Positions 1-10,109 of a DNA stretch of 64,000 nt are shown in pieces. The position numbers and the translations under genes were made by a program. Under the pieces are notes generated by a model. It saw nothing but the letters and a program-made list of their open reading frames with translations, made no database searches and had not been told where the DNA came from. This stretch comes from an uncultured delta proteobacterium. Its GTDB lineage: Bacteria > Myxococcota > UBA727 > VGSZ01. The DNA lies in assembly GCA_963775425.1 (NCBI GenBank), contig CAVZJB010000004.1:32001-96000 (forward strand), in the 5' to 3' direction. The stretch's first letter is position 1. Every line of letters starts with the position of its first letter.

Positions 1-554
1 CTTGTGCGCGTCGACGCCGGCGGCGGCCTCGCCCCTTTCCTGCGCCGCGGTCGCGGCGTCGCCCGGCGCAGCGTCCTGCGACGCGCCGTCGCCGTGGCCA
101 GCGCGCGACGAGGAGCGCACGGGCTCGAGCGCGACGGCGAGGCGCACGAGGCCCCTGTGCAGCACCTGCGCGTCCTTCTGCGACATGGACACGTCGAGGT
201 CCCACACCGGGGCGCTCTTGGCGCCCGCCGTCGTGCGCAGGGCGTTGGTGGCGTCGGGGTCGACGAGCGTGTAGTCGCGGTCGGCCTTCACGAACGCGCG
301 CGCCGGCGTGCCGACGAGCGCGGGGTCGTCGGGCAGATCGCCACGCACGAGGCGCGGCGCGAGGAGGAACGCCGCGCTCGTTCCGAGCAACAGCAGGAGC
401 GCGATGCGCAGCACCATCGACAACGGCCGCGCGCGCGGCCGATCGCGCCGCGGGCGCCGCGGCCGCGAGCCGCCGGGTGGCAGCGCGAGATCGTCGTCGT
501 CGACGGTGAGCTCGCCGGCGTCGGGCACGGGCCGCAGGTGCTTCACCTCACCGG

Positions 555-558
<4 letters not shown>
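1..558 (-). CDS. 7TM-HD (PgpH/YqfF-like) membrane HD phosphohydrolase, N-terminal part (runs off the window edge)
   Basis: Minus-strand frame MTGEVKHLRP...TM...AFVKADRDYTLVDPDAT resembles the 7TM-HD extracellular domain. Its ATG overlaps the phoH stop (ATGA), the usual phoH-HD gene order. Confidence 0.65.
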
Positions 559-1571
<1,013 letters not shown>

Positions 1572-1582
1572 GATGACGCGAT

Positions 1583-2794
1583 CTAGCGAAGCGGCAGCGA
1601 CAATGCGTAGCTGTCGACGCCGCGGCGGTACGCGTAGGAGGTGGAGAAGGGGAAGGTGAGCTCGCGCTCGGCGACGAGGCCCTTGTCTACGAGATCCTCG
1701 AGCTTGGCCGGATAGATACCCTCGAGGAGCCGGTAGGTCTGGATGGCCTGGTCGAGCCGCACGCGCTCGGCGTCGCCGAGCTTCTCGCGCACGGCGGCGC
1801 GGTGCACCACGACGGTGTCGTCGGTGGCGAGCACGCCGATGTCGCTGGTGGACGCGAGGCGCACGAGGCCGCCCACCGCCGCCGCCACCACCGCGTAGAG
1901 CGCGACGCGCGTGAGCACCGGCGCCACGCCCGCCCACGCGCGCCGCAGCGTGAACGGCTCGTCGTCGCCCTTCTTCTCCTCGACGCGCGGGATGACCACA
2001 CGCAAAAAGCCGCTGGAGACGAGGTTGGCCAGCGCCTTGGAGGTCTCGAACTCCCCGAGGCGCGACAGGTCGATGATGTCCTGCACGGTGCGCGTCGACG
2101 AGACCAGCGGGAACACGCGACGCTCCGCGGCGCCGAGCTTCTTGGCCGGGGCGCCGAGCGAATCGGCGGAGACCTCGGAGCTCGTCTCGCCGAACGCGTC
2201 GGCCATGCCCGCGAGGATGTCCTCGTCGTCGCCCCCCTGCGCCGACGGCGGCGGGATGTCGCGCAGCTCCGTGAACGTGCAGCGCGACGACGGGATCACC
2301 TTCCGGACGGCGGGCCACTCGTCCACCATCCGGAAACCCTCCATGAGGATGTTCTCGGCGCGGATGGGCTCGTAGCTCTGCTCGTCGTAGTCGACGGGAG
2401 TGGCGGTGAACTCGTAGGTGCCCTTTCGCCACATGAAGAGCCGGTAGATGGTCTCCGTGGTCTGAAGACGCGCGATCTCCTTGAGCGTGGCGCGGTCGGC
2501 CGCGTTCATCTCGATGAGGATGTCGCCGAGGCGGCGCAGCGTGCGCTCCTGGGTGACGAGCGCCTCGTCGAGCTGCTCCTCGGTGATGACGCCGGCGCGC
2601 ACGAGCATGTTGCCGAGCAGCTCGGCGCGCTCGCGCGACGATTGCTCCGCCTTCACGACGTTTCCCTCGACGAAGAAGATGCGCACCTCCAGCTCTTTGT
2701 CCTTGAGCAGGAGGACGCCGGTCTTTTGCTGGTGACCGACGAGCTGGAAGATGTCGGGCAGGCCGAAGTCGCCGAGGGTGCCTCTGAGCGCCAT
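1583..2794 (-). CDS. DUF4388 (PATAN-like) domain membrane protein
   Basis: MALRGTLGDFGLPDIFQLVGHQQKTGVL and LGNMLVRAGVITEEQLDEAL, plus a C-terminal TM segment. Confidence 0.85.
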   Translation of the reverse strand: MALRGTLGDFGLPDIFQLVGHQQKTGVLLLKDKELEVRIFFVEGNVVKAEQSSRERAELLGNMLVRAGVITEEQLDEALVTQERTLRRLGDILIEMNAADRATLKEIARLQTTETIYRLFMWRKGTYEFTATPVDYDEQSYEPIRAENILMEGFRMVDEWPAVRKVIPSSRCTFTELRDIPPPSAQGGDDEDILAGMADAFGETSSEVSADSLGAPAKKLGAAERRVFPLVSSTRTVQDIIDLSRLGEFETSKALANLVSSGFLRVVIPRVEEKKGDDEPFTLRRAWAGVAPVLTRVALYAVVAAAVGGLVRLASTSDIGVLATDDTVVVHRAAVREKLGDAERVRLDQAIQTYRLLEGIYPAKLEDLVDKGLVAERELTFPFSTSYAYRRGVDSYALSLPLR

Positions 2795-2796
2795 GC

Positions 2797-5109
2797 CTAC
2801 CTCCTGCCCCGCCCGCTGGCGTCGCCGGCGAGGATGACGGTGGAGCGCAGCGCGATGAGCCACACGAGCCCGGCCACCACGCTCACGGCCACGAGCGGCG
2901 GCGTGTGCCCCCAGGGCCCTTCGAGGCGCGGCATCGGCAGCAGGCCGAGCGCGAGCCCGATGCAGCACAGGCCCGCGCCGTGCAGGACGGCGAAGACGAG
3001 GCCGCGCACGGGCGCCTCGCCGAAGATGTGTCCGGCACCCGGCCACACGATGCCGAGCGCGAGGATGGCGCGGCTCAGGCGCGTGCGGCGCCGGATGATC
3101 TCGCGCTCCTTCCTGAGCTTCACGCCGGCGTCGATGCGAGAGCGCGTCGAGACGAAGGCGTGGAAGCACTGCCCGCAGGTGTCCTCGGGGACGTCCTTGC
3201 CGTCGACGCGGCTGCTGGCGGGATCGCCGCAGCGAACGCACGGCTGCGACGGCGCGATCTTCTTGCGCGCCGCGAGCAGCGCCAGCCACACGAGCGGGAA
3301 CGCGCCGAGGATGCCGGCGGCGCGCGTGCCGGTCTGCCCGCGGAACAGGAGCCGCGCGATGCCGTCGGCCACGGCGCTGCTCTCGGGCGTCGGCTGCGAC
3401 ATCGCCTCGTGGAGGAGCTCGTGCGCCGACGGGTAGATGTCGATGAGCGCGCGGTTTTGCCCGACGGTCTGGTCGGGCGCGCGGAACGTGGTGCGGCGGT
3501 AGGCGTTCAAGAGGTCCGGCGCCTCCCGCGCCACGGGGCTCACCGCGCTGCCCGCCTTGTCGGTGCGGCCGGCGCGGTAGTGGAGCACCGAGATGTCGAA
3601 GGACGCCGCGTGCTCGTGGGGGTTGGCCGCGACCGCCTTGCCCAGCTCCGCGAGCGCGGTGTCCTCGTCGCCGCGCAGGGACGCGATCACGCCGAGCTCC
3701 GCGTGCGCCCACGGCAGGCTGCCGTCCTTGGCGACGATGGCCTCGAAGCGGTTGACGGCGTCGTCGAGGCGGCCCTCGCGCTTGGCCGCGAGGCCCAGGG
3801 CGGCCTGCTCGACGACGTCGAGGTCGGCGGGTGAGCTCTTCGCGAGCTCGGTGCGCAGCGGCTCGGCGTCGGCGTCGAAGAGCGCGCGCACGGCGCGGTC
3901 GGCGCGGGAGCCGGGGTACGCGACGAGGCGCGCGACGCGATCGACGGCGAGGGGAGCGGCCACGCACGACAGCGCGACAACGAGGAGCAGGACGCGCTCG
4001 CGTTGCGACACGTACAGCCACGCCAGCGTGAGGATCCACAGCGAGCCGAAGACGGGGCCGGCCCCGACGACGAGCGGGCACACGGCCGCCATGACGACGA
4101 GCGCGAGCACCTGTCCGCCGTGGGCGCCCTTGGGCAGCACCTGCAGGAGGTCGAAGCTCAGGATGCGCAGCGACGGCAGGCCGCGCAGGAGCGCGAAGAG
4201 CACGAGCGCCAGCACGACGAGGGCGACGAGGACCGCGAGCGCGCGCGCCGCCACCTGCGAGATGGCCAGGGGATCGCTGAAGTGTGCGCGGGCGGCGTCG
4301 CCGAAGGCGTTGATGGTGCCGCCCACGTCGCCCTCGCGCCAGCGCAAGAGCGCCTGCGCCGTGTGCACGGCGACGAGGTCGGGGGCGGCGTGGGCGGCGG
4401 CGTCGAGGAGCGCGCCGGCGGACTCGAGGTCTCCGTCGTCGAGCGCCTTGTGGCCCTCGATGACGAGCGCGGTGGCGACCGCGGTGGACTGAAAGCCGCC
4501 CGGGATGCCTTGCACACCGAAGTCGAGCAGCGCGGCGTCGATGTCGGCGAGCTGCTTGCGCGCCCGGCCGACCTCGCCGCGCCGGACTGTGGCCTCGCGC
4601 CCGTCCCACTTCTCGAGGTAGGCCGCGTACGTGGTCTCGAGGACCCGAACGCCGCCGTCGCCCGCGAAGGGGTCGCCGCTGCCGAGCGCGGACGCTGCCC
4701 CGGACGGCGCGCCGGACGGCGTGCCGGAAGACGGCGTGCCGGAAGACGGCGTACCGGGAGGCGGCGTGGCCGAAGGCGGCGCTCCCGGGGCGGGCGCTCC
4801 GGGGTCCGGCGTGGCCGCCGTAGCGGGGGCGGGCGTGGCGGAGGAGGGCGTGCCGGCGGCGGGTGACGGCGTCGCGGGCGCCGGCTCGTGGGCCGCGGGC
4901 CCCGCGTCGGCCGGGGGCGTGGCGGGCTTTTCGGCGGCGGCGTCGGGAGCGTCGAGGTCGACGTCGGCGAGGTTGGTGGGCTTGTTCGGCTCCACCTCCT
5001 CGACGAACTCGCGCTGGGCGAGCGCCGGCGCGGCGAGCACGACGAGGACCGTCCACAGCAGGAGGCTCGAGGGCCGCCGCTCGACCGCGCCCGACACCCG
5101 GCGCGACAT
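2797..5109 (-). CDS. Multi-pass membrane TPR-repeat protein with a Cys-cluster C-terminal region
   Basis: Signal peptide, Pro/Ala/Thr linker, TPR-like helices, several TM segments, CVRCG...CGQC. Start uncertain (in-frame ATGs at 5109, 5133, 5169). Confidence 0.75.
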   Translation of the reverse strand: MSRRVSGAVERRPSSLLLWTVLVVLAAPALAQREFVEEVEPNKPTNLADVDLDAPDAAAEKPATPPADAGPAAHEPAPATPSPAAGTPSSATPAPATAATPDPGAPAPGAPPSATPPPGTPSSGTPSSGTPSGAPSGAASALGSGDPFAGDGGVRVLETTYAAYLEKWDGREATVRRGEVGRARKQLADIDAALLDFGVQGIPGGFQSTAVATALVIEGHKALDDGDLESAGALLDAAAHAAPDLVAVHTAQALLRWREGDVGGTINAFGDAARAHFSDPLAISQVAARALAVLVALVVLALVLFALLRGLPSLRILSFDLLQVLPKGAHGGQVLALVVMAAVCPLVVGAGPVFGSLWILTLAWLYVSQRERVLLLVVALSCVAAPLAVDRVARLVAYPGSRADRAVRALFDADAEPLRTELAKSSPADLDVVEQAALGLAAKREGRLDDAVNRFEAIVAKDGSLPWAHAELGVIASLRGDEDTALAELGKAVAANPHEHAASFDISVLHYRAGRTDKAGSAVSPVAREAPDLLNAYRRTTFRAPDQTVGQNRALIDIYPSAHELLHEAMSQPTPESSAVADGIARLLFRGQTGTRAAGILGAFPLVWLALLAARKKIAPSQPCVRCGDPASSRVDGKDVPEDTCGQCFHAFVSTRSRIDAGVKLRKEREIIRRRTRLSRAILALGIVWPGAGHIFGEAPVRGLVFAVLHGAGLCCIGLALGLLPMPRLEGPWGHTPPLVAVSVVAGLVWLIALRSTVILAGDASGRGRR

Positions 5110-5174
5110 TCGGGCCGACACCCGGCGCGACATTCGGGCCGACACCCGGGCCGACGTTCGGCCCGACATTCGGC
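5091..5174. repeat. Tandem 24-bp (2x12) repeat CCGACACCCGGCGCGACATTCGGG, about 3.5 copies
   Basis: Exact copies at 5091-5114 and 5115-5138, degenerate copies to 5174. Confidence 0.85.
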
Positions 5175-5220
5175 ACGAGGGGCCCTCAGGCCCGGGGATG
5201 CGGGGCATCGACGTGGATTA

Positions 5221-6147
5221 TCACGCCGGGACGCCGAGCAGCCACTCGAGCAACGCCTGCTGCACACAGAGACGGTTGCCCGCCTGTTGAAAAGCGACCG
5301 AGTGCATTCCCTCGAGGACCTCGTCGGTGATCTCCTCGCCGCGGCGCGCGGGCAGCGGGTGGAGCACCGTGTGGTCGTCGGCGGCGCGAGCGACGAGGGC
5401 GTCGTTCACCTGGAAGGGCATGAGCGCCTTCGCGCGCGCCTCGCGCGCGGCCCCGTCGAGCGGCGCGAGCGAAGGCCACGCGTCCGTGGACACCACGCCG
5501 GCGCCGTCGACCGCGGCGACCGGATCGTGCAGCACCTGCACGCGCGCCCCCGCCGCGCGGGCCTTCTGCAGGTAGAGCGCGTCGGGCGCCTGCCCTTCGG
5601 GCATGGCGAGCGCGAGCTCGATGCCCGTGATGGCGGCGAGCGCGACGAGGCCGTTGGCGGTGCCGCGCACCTCGCCGAGGTAGGCCCACTTCACGTCGAA
5701 GGGCCGCTCCTTGCGCTCGAACACGGTGAACATGTCGGTGATCACCTGGCAGGGGTGGTCGAGCTCGGACGAGCCGTTCACGACGGGGACGCCGGCGTGC
5801 TTGGCCAGCTCCTCGACGCTCGCGTGGACCCGCGCACGCACGACGAACGCGTCGAAGTAGCTGCCGAGCACGCGGGCGGCGTCGCGCAGCGGCTCGCCTT
5901 CCGTGTGAAGCTGCGTGTCGCGGCCGTGCAACACGACGCTCGAGCCGCCGAGGAGCGCCACGCCCGCCTCGAAGCTCGCGCGCGTTCGCGTCGACGGCTT
6001 TTCGAACAGCATGCCGACCACCCGCCCCGACAGCGTGGGCGCGAGCCGGTGATCGCCGCGCTGGCGCTTGAGCGTCTGCGCGCGCAGCAGGAGCTTCTCG
6101 AGGGTGGCCTTGTCGACGACGTCGAAGACGGTGCGCAGGTGGAGCAT
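5221..6147 (-). CDS. argF: Ornithine carbamoyltransferase-family enzyme (divergent)
   Basis: FEKPSTRTR, HPCQ, HPLPARRGEEIT and QAGNR present; acceptor-binding motifs are atypical. Confidence 0.8.
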   Translation of the reverse strand: MLHLRTVFDVVDKATLEKLLLRAQTLKRQRGDHRLAPTLSGRVVGMLFEKPSTRTRASFEAGVALLGGSSVVLHGRDTQLHTEGEPLRDAARVLGSYFDAFVVRARVHASVEELAKHAGVPVVNGSSELDHPCQVITDMFTVFERKERPFDVKWAYLGEVRGTANGLVALAAITGIELALAMPEGQAPDALYLQKARAAGARVQVLHDPVAAVDGAGVVSTDAWPSLAPLDGAAREARAKALMPFQVNDALVARAADDHTVLHPLPARRGEEITDEVLEGMHSVAFQQAGNRLCVQQALLEWLLGVPA

Positions 6148-6239
6148 GCCGCTGCCTAGCACCCGCCCCCGGCGCTGGACAAGCCGCCGCTCCACGTCCG
6201 CCGTCGCGGGGCGCGGCGGCTCGCCCGCCGCCGGAGCGG

Positions 6240-7589
6240 TCAGAACTTCTTGGTGGGATCGTCGACGAGGGTCCCGGCGGGGATGCGCACCGTGTCGCCG
6301 CCCTCCTCGTCGACGGGGAGCTCCACCGCCACCGCGCGCGGCACGGGGTTGCTGCCGGTGTGGGGCGGGGTCGGCAGGGTCACCGACGCCGCCGGCTCGT
6401 CGATCATCGCCGGCTGCTGCTTGGTGGGGGCGTCGTCGAAGAGGCTCGGGTCGTCGGTGGGGGCCTCGAACGGGAGGATCTGCACGTCCGCGCTCTCCGC
6501 GGTCTGGGGGACGGTCGGCAGCCGCGCCGTGTCGCCCGGAAACGGATCCGCGAGCGGGGAGAGCGGTCGCACCTCACCGCTCGGCGCCGACGACGCCTCG
6601 AACGTCACCGGGCGCGGCGCGCCGCGCGACACAGACGTGCGCCCGCGCATCACCGCCACCATCGGCTCCGGCTCGTCGTCGACGTCGCTGGCGGTGACGT
6701 CCATGAGGTCGCGATAAAAGGCGACGTCGGCGTCCCGGTCGAGCAGGCCCTGCGCGCGCGCCTGGATGGTGAGGTCGACGTCGGCGCCGGTGGGCACGCG
6801 GGCGCTCTGGTCCTTGGCGAGCAAGCACATCACGAGCTGCTCCACCCAAGGGGGCACGTCGGCGTTGCGCGCGCGCACGGGCTCCGGCTCGGCCCCGAGG
6901 ATGGCGCGCATGATGCCGAGGTCGTTGTTGCCCTGGAACGGGTAGCGCCCCGTCAGCAACCAGTAGGCGGTGACGCCGAGGGAGAAGAGGTCGGCGCGCC
7001 CGTCGAGCTCGCGGCTCTCGAGGTGCTCCGGCGACATGAAGTTGATCTTGCCGCGCCGCTCGCCCTGCTCCGTCAAGAGCTTCATGGTGGCGCCCCGCGC
7101 GACGCTGAAGTCGAGCAGCTTGGTGGTGCCGTCGGCGACGAAGAAGAGGTTGTCCGGGGAGACGTCGCGGTGGACGAGCTTCTCGGGTTGGCGGTGGATG
7201 TAGTCGAGGCCGCGGGCGGCGTCGGCGACCACGCGCAGCGCCAGCTCGATGGGCAGCGCCCGCTCCGCGCGCCACGCCCGCAGCGCGAGCTGCTCGACGG
7301 TGATGCCGGCGAGGTACTCGAGCGCGATGTAGAGCTCTCCGTCGTCGGCGCGGCCGCAGTCGAGGATCTGCACGACGTTTGGGTGGCTGAGGCCGGAGAG
7401 GATCCCGGCCTCGCGCATGAACATCTCCTCGAGGCGCTCGTCGTCGATGAGCTCCCGACGCATGCGCTTGACGACGACCTGCTTGAACGTGGGGCCGAGG
7501 GGCTTTTTGGCCAGGAAGATCTCGGTGGCGCCCCGGGCACCGAGGCGCCGCTCGAGGACATAGGGACCAAGCCGGGACTCGGGGGCCAC
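6240..7589 (-). CDS. Serine/threonine protein kinase
   Basis: VVVKR, HRDVSPDN, DFS, MSPE, DLFSLG; acidic/Pro-rich tail. Confidence 0.9.
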   Translation of the reverse strand: MAPESRLGPYVLERRLGARGATEIFLAKKPLGPTFKQVVVKRMRRELIDDERLEEMFMREAGILSGLSHPNVVQILDCGRADDGELYIALEYLAGITVEQLALRAWRAERALPIELALRVVADAARGLDYIHRQPEKLVHRDVSPDNLFFVADGTTKLLDFSVARGATMKLLTEQGERRGKINFMSPEHLESRELDGRADLFSLGVTAYWLLTGRYPFQGNNDLGIMRAILGAEPEPVRARNADVPPWVEQLVMCLLAKDQSARVPTGADVDLTIQARAQGLLDRDADVAFYRDLMDVTASDVDDEPEPMVAVMRGRTSVSRGAPRPVTFEASSAPSGEVRPLSPLADPFPGDTARLPTVPQTAESADVQILPFEAPTDDPSLFDDAPTKQQPAMIDEPAASVTLPTPPHTGSNPVPRAVAVELPVDEEGGDTVRIPAGTLVDDPTKKF

Positions 7590-7597
7590 GAACCTCT

Positions 7598-9745
7598 CTA
7601 CCGCGGCGGAACCGCTGAGGTGAAGTCCACACTGACGAGCGTGTCGTCGGGCTGCAGCGCGTCCATCACGTCGAGGCCCTCGCTGACCCGGGCAAACAGG
7701 GTGTAGCGCCCGTCCAGATGCGGCTGGTCGGAATGCGTGAAGAAGAATTGGGAGCCCCCGGTGTCCTTCCCGGCCGTGGCCATCCCGACCGCGCCGCGCG
7801 TGTAGGCCTCGTCGCTGTTCTCGCAGGCGATGGTGGTGCCGGGGCCGCCGGCGCCGTCCCCGCGCTTGTCGCCGCCCTGCGCCACGAAGTCGGCGATCAC
7901 GCGGTGAAACGGGGTCCCGTCGTAGTAGTGCGCCCGGGCGAGCTTCACGAAATTCGCCACCGTCGCCGGCGCGTGCTCGCGATCGAACGCGATGCGGATG
8001 TCGCCCCGCGACGTCTTCACGAGCGCGTACAGCGGGAGCTGCGCGAGCGGTGGCGCGACGAGCACGCTCGCCCGCGGCCCGGGGGCGCGGTCACCGGAGA
8101 AGACGCCGTTGGCGGCGTCGCGCACGCGCGGCTCACCGAACGACGCCAGCTCCTGCACGATGGCCCGCGCCGTCGGCGTCTGCCGCTTGCGCGCGAGCGT
8201 GGCCACCGTGATGAGCGGCTCGGCCTGCTCGAACGAGGTTGCCGCGCGGAACCGCTCCACGATCTTGTAGAGCGCAGAGTCCGGCAGCGCGGCGGCGTTG
8301 TCGTCGGACTCGAACAGGCCGTCGAGCAGCGTGCCTGCGACGCCGAAGTCGTCTTCGTCGACGAGCGCCTTGGCGGCGGCGACCGCTGCGTCGTGGGAGC
8401 CGTCGGCGGCGAGGGCGGCGGCGGCGTCCATGCGCACCTTGACGTGCGGGCTGCGCAGAAAGCGCGACAGGCTCTCCACCCGCTCCTGCGACGACGTGCG
8501 CGCGCGCGCCGCCACCTGCACCTTGAGCCGGGCGATCTGCTCTTCGCCCGCGTCCTTGTCGCAGCTCTCCACCGCGTCGCCCCCGGGCGCGACGACGTCG
8601 AGCGCCACCGCGCACGCGCACGCCTCGCCGCGGTGATCCGGGGTCGGCGACAGCGCGGCCACCGCCTTGTCGAGCGCCGGCGTGACCTGCGCCGGCGCGG
8701 CGCTGCTCCCGGACAAGGCCGTGCACGCCTCGCGCACCACGTGCGCCCGCGCGCCCTCGCCGGCGACGAGCTTCTTGACCGCGTCGTGGAGGACGCCTGC
8801 GACGGTGTCGACGTCTTGCGGCCGCGCCGCCCGCAGCGCCTCCACCTGGACGCGCCAGTCGGCGTCCTTGAGGCCGGCGGTGACGATGGCGCGCGCGCTC
8901 TTGTCGTCGAGAACGCCGAACGCCGATAGCGCGGTGCGCGCGGTGAAGATGCGCGCCTGCGTGTCGGCGCTCTTCATCCCCGCCGTCGCGGCCGCCTCGG
9001 AGATCTTCAGCTTCTGGCGAAACGCGGTGTACGCCGCCGCCGCCTGCAGCTTGGCGTCGCCGCCCTCGAGCGCCGCCTCCACGGCTTTCGTCAACGCGGG
9101 GTCCCCCGAGCGCGACGCGTTGCGGCGGGCGCCCGACACACCGAGCGCGACGAACGCCGGCGCGCGCTCGTCAGCCGCGCCGCTCGTGGCGAGCGCGGTG
9201 AGGGCGTCGAGGCCGGCGGCGTCGGAGACGCGCCCAAGGGCGCGAATGATCGCGATGCGCACGGCGGGGTCGTGCTCGCGCGCGAGCCCGTCCACGAGCT
9301 GCTTGTCCGCCTTCGCGCGCAGCGCCTGGTGCCCGGGCGCCGCGGGGTCGACGGCGAGATCGATCTGCCCGAGGCCGAACGCCGCCTGCGCCCGCACGAG
9401 CGGCGACGGATCGCGGCCGAGGGCGGCGGCGAGCGGGTCGAGCGCGGAGAGCATCTCGAGGCGAGCGACGGCGAGGACGGCGCGCGCGCGCACCTTCGCG
9501 TCGGCGTCGTGGAGCCACTTGCCGAACGCCGACGGCGCGGCGCGCTCCTGCTCCTTTTTCTGGATGGCCGCCATGGCGTCTTCGGCGGCGGCCTCCCCCT
9601 TCTTCTGCGCGCCCTTGGGACAGGCCCCGCCGCCGAGCGCGAGCGCGGCTGTCACCACGGCGACGCCGACGGCGAGGCGACGCAGCGGGCGGGTGCGGTC
9701 GAGCGGGTGGGCGGGCGAACGGACGATGACGGGCAACGGGCGCAT
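7598..9745 (-). CDS. HEAT-repeat lipoprotein with a C-terminal cyclophilin-type peptidyl-prolyl isomerase
   Basis: Lipobox-like GGAC, HEAT repeats (VRAQAAFGLG, WRVQVEAL), cyclophilin motifs APATVANF, FHRVI, QGGD, GSQFF, HLDGRYTLF. Confidence 0.9.
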   Translation of the reverse strand: MRPLPVIVRSPAHPLDRTRPLRRLAVGVAVVTAALALGGGACPKGAQKKGEAAAEDAMAAIQKKEQERAAPSAFGKWLHDADAKVRARAVLAVARLEMLSALDPLAAALGRDPSPLVRAQAAFGLGQIDLAVDPAAPGHQALRAKADKQLVDGLAREHDPAVRIAIIRALGRVSDAAGLDALTALATSGAADERAPAFVALGVSGARRNASRSGDPALTKAVEAALEGGDAKLQAAAAYTAFRQKLKISEAAATAGMKSADTQARIFTARTALSAFGVLDDKSARAIVTAGLKDADWRVQVEALRAARPQDVDTVAGVLHDAVKKLVAGEGARAHVVREACTALSGSSAAPAQVTPALDKAVAALSPTPDHRGEACACAVALDVVAPGGDAVESCDKDAGEEQIARLKVQVAARARTSSQERVESLSRFLRSPHVKVRMDAAAALAADGSHDAAVAAAKALVDEDDFGVAGTLLDGLFESDDNAAALPDSALYKIVERFRAATSFEQAEPLITVATLARKRQTPTARAIVQELASFGEPRVRDAANGVFSGDRAPGPRASVLVAPPLAQLPLYALVKTSRGDIRIAFDREHAPATVANFVKLARAHYYDGTPFHRVIADFVAQGGDKRGDGAGGPGTTIACENSDEAYTRGAVGMATAGKDTGGSQFFFTHSDQPHLDGRYTLFARVSEGLDVMDALQPDDTLVSVDFTSAVPPR

Positions 9746-9765
9746 GCGACGCGCCTAGCGCGGGC

Positions 9766-10071
9766 TCACAGCGAACGGAAGGGGCGGGTCTTCTGCGAGG
9801 GTGGCTCGAGGTCCACCTCGTAGTGCCGATCCTCGAGGAGCTCGATGAACTCGACGAGGTCCTGCGCGCGCTTGTGGATCATGCGCACCCGCGGCTCCCA
9901 CTCGATGGAGAGGTACTGCCCCGCGGCCCACTCGCACGGCGCCATGAGCCCGTCCGCGTCGCCGTCGGGGGCGAGCGGTCCGTGCGTCGGAATGAACGAG
10001 CCCGCCATGGCCTTGAAAATGAGGACGAGCTGGCCGCGCTTGTAGACCCAGAAGGTCTGTGGCTCTGGCAT
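9766..10071 (-). CDS. Hypothetical protein (101 aa)
   Basis: Protein-like composition; fills the gap and is divergent from murA. Confidence 0.6.
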   Translation of the reverse strand: MPEPQTFWVYKRGQLVLIFKAMAGSFIPTHGPLAPDGDADGLMAPCEWAAGQYLSIEWEPRVRMIHKRAQDLVEFIELLEDRHYEVDLEPPSQKTRPFRSL

Positions 10072-10109
10072 CGGGCGCCATCATCCAACGGTTCGGAGTA
10101 ACGTGCATC

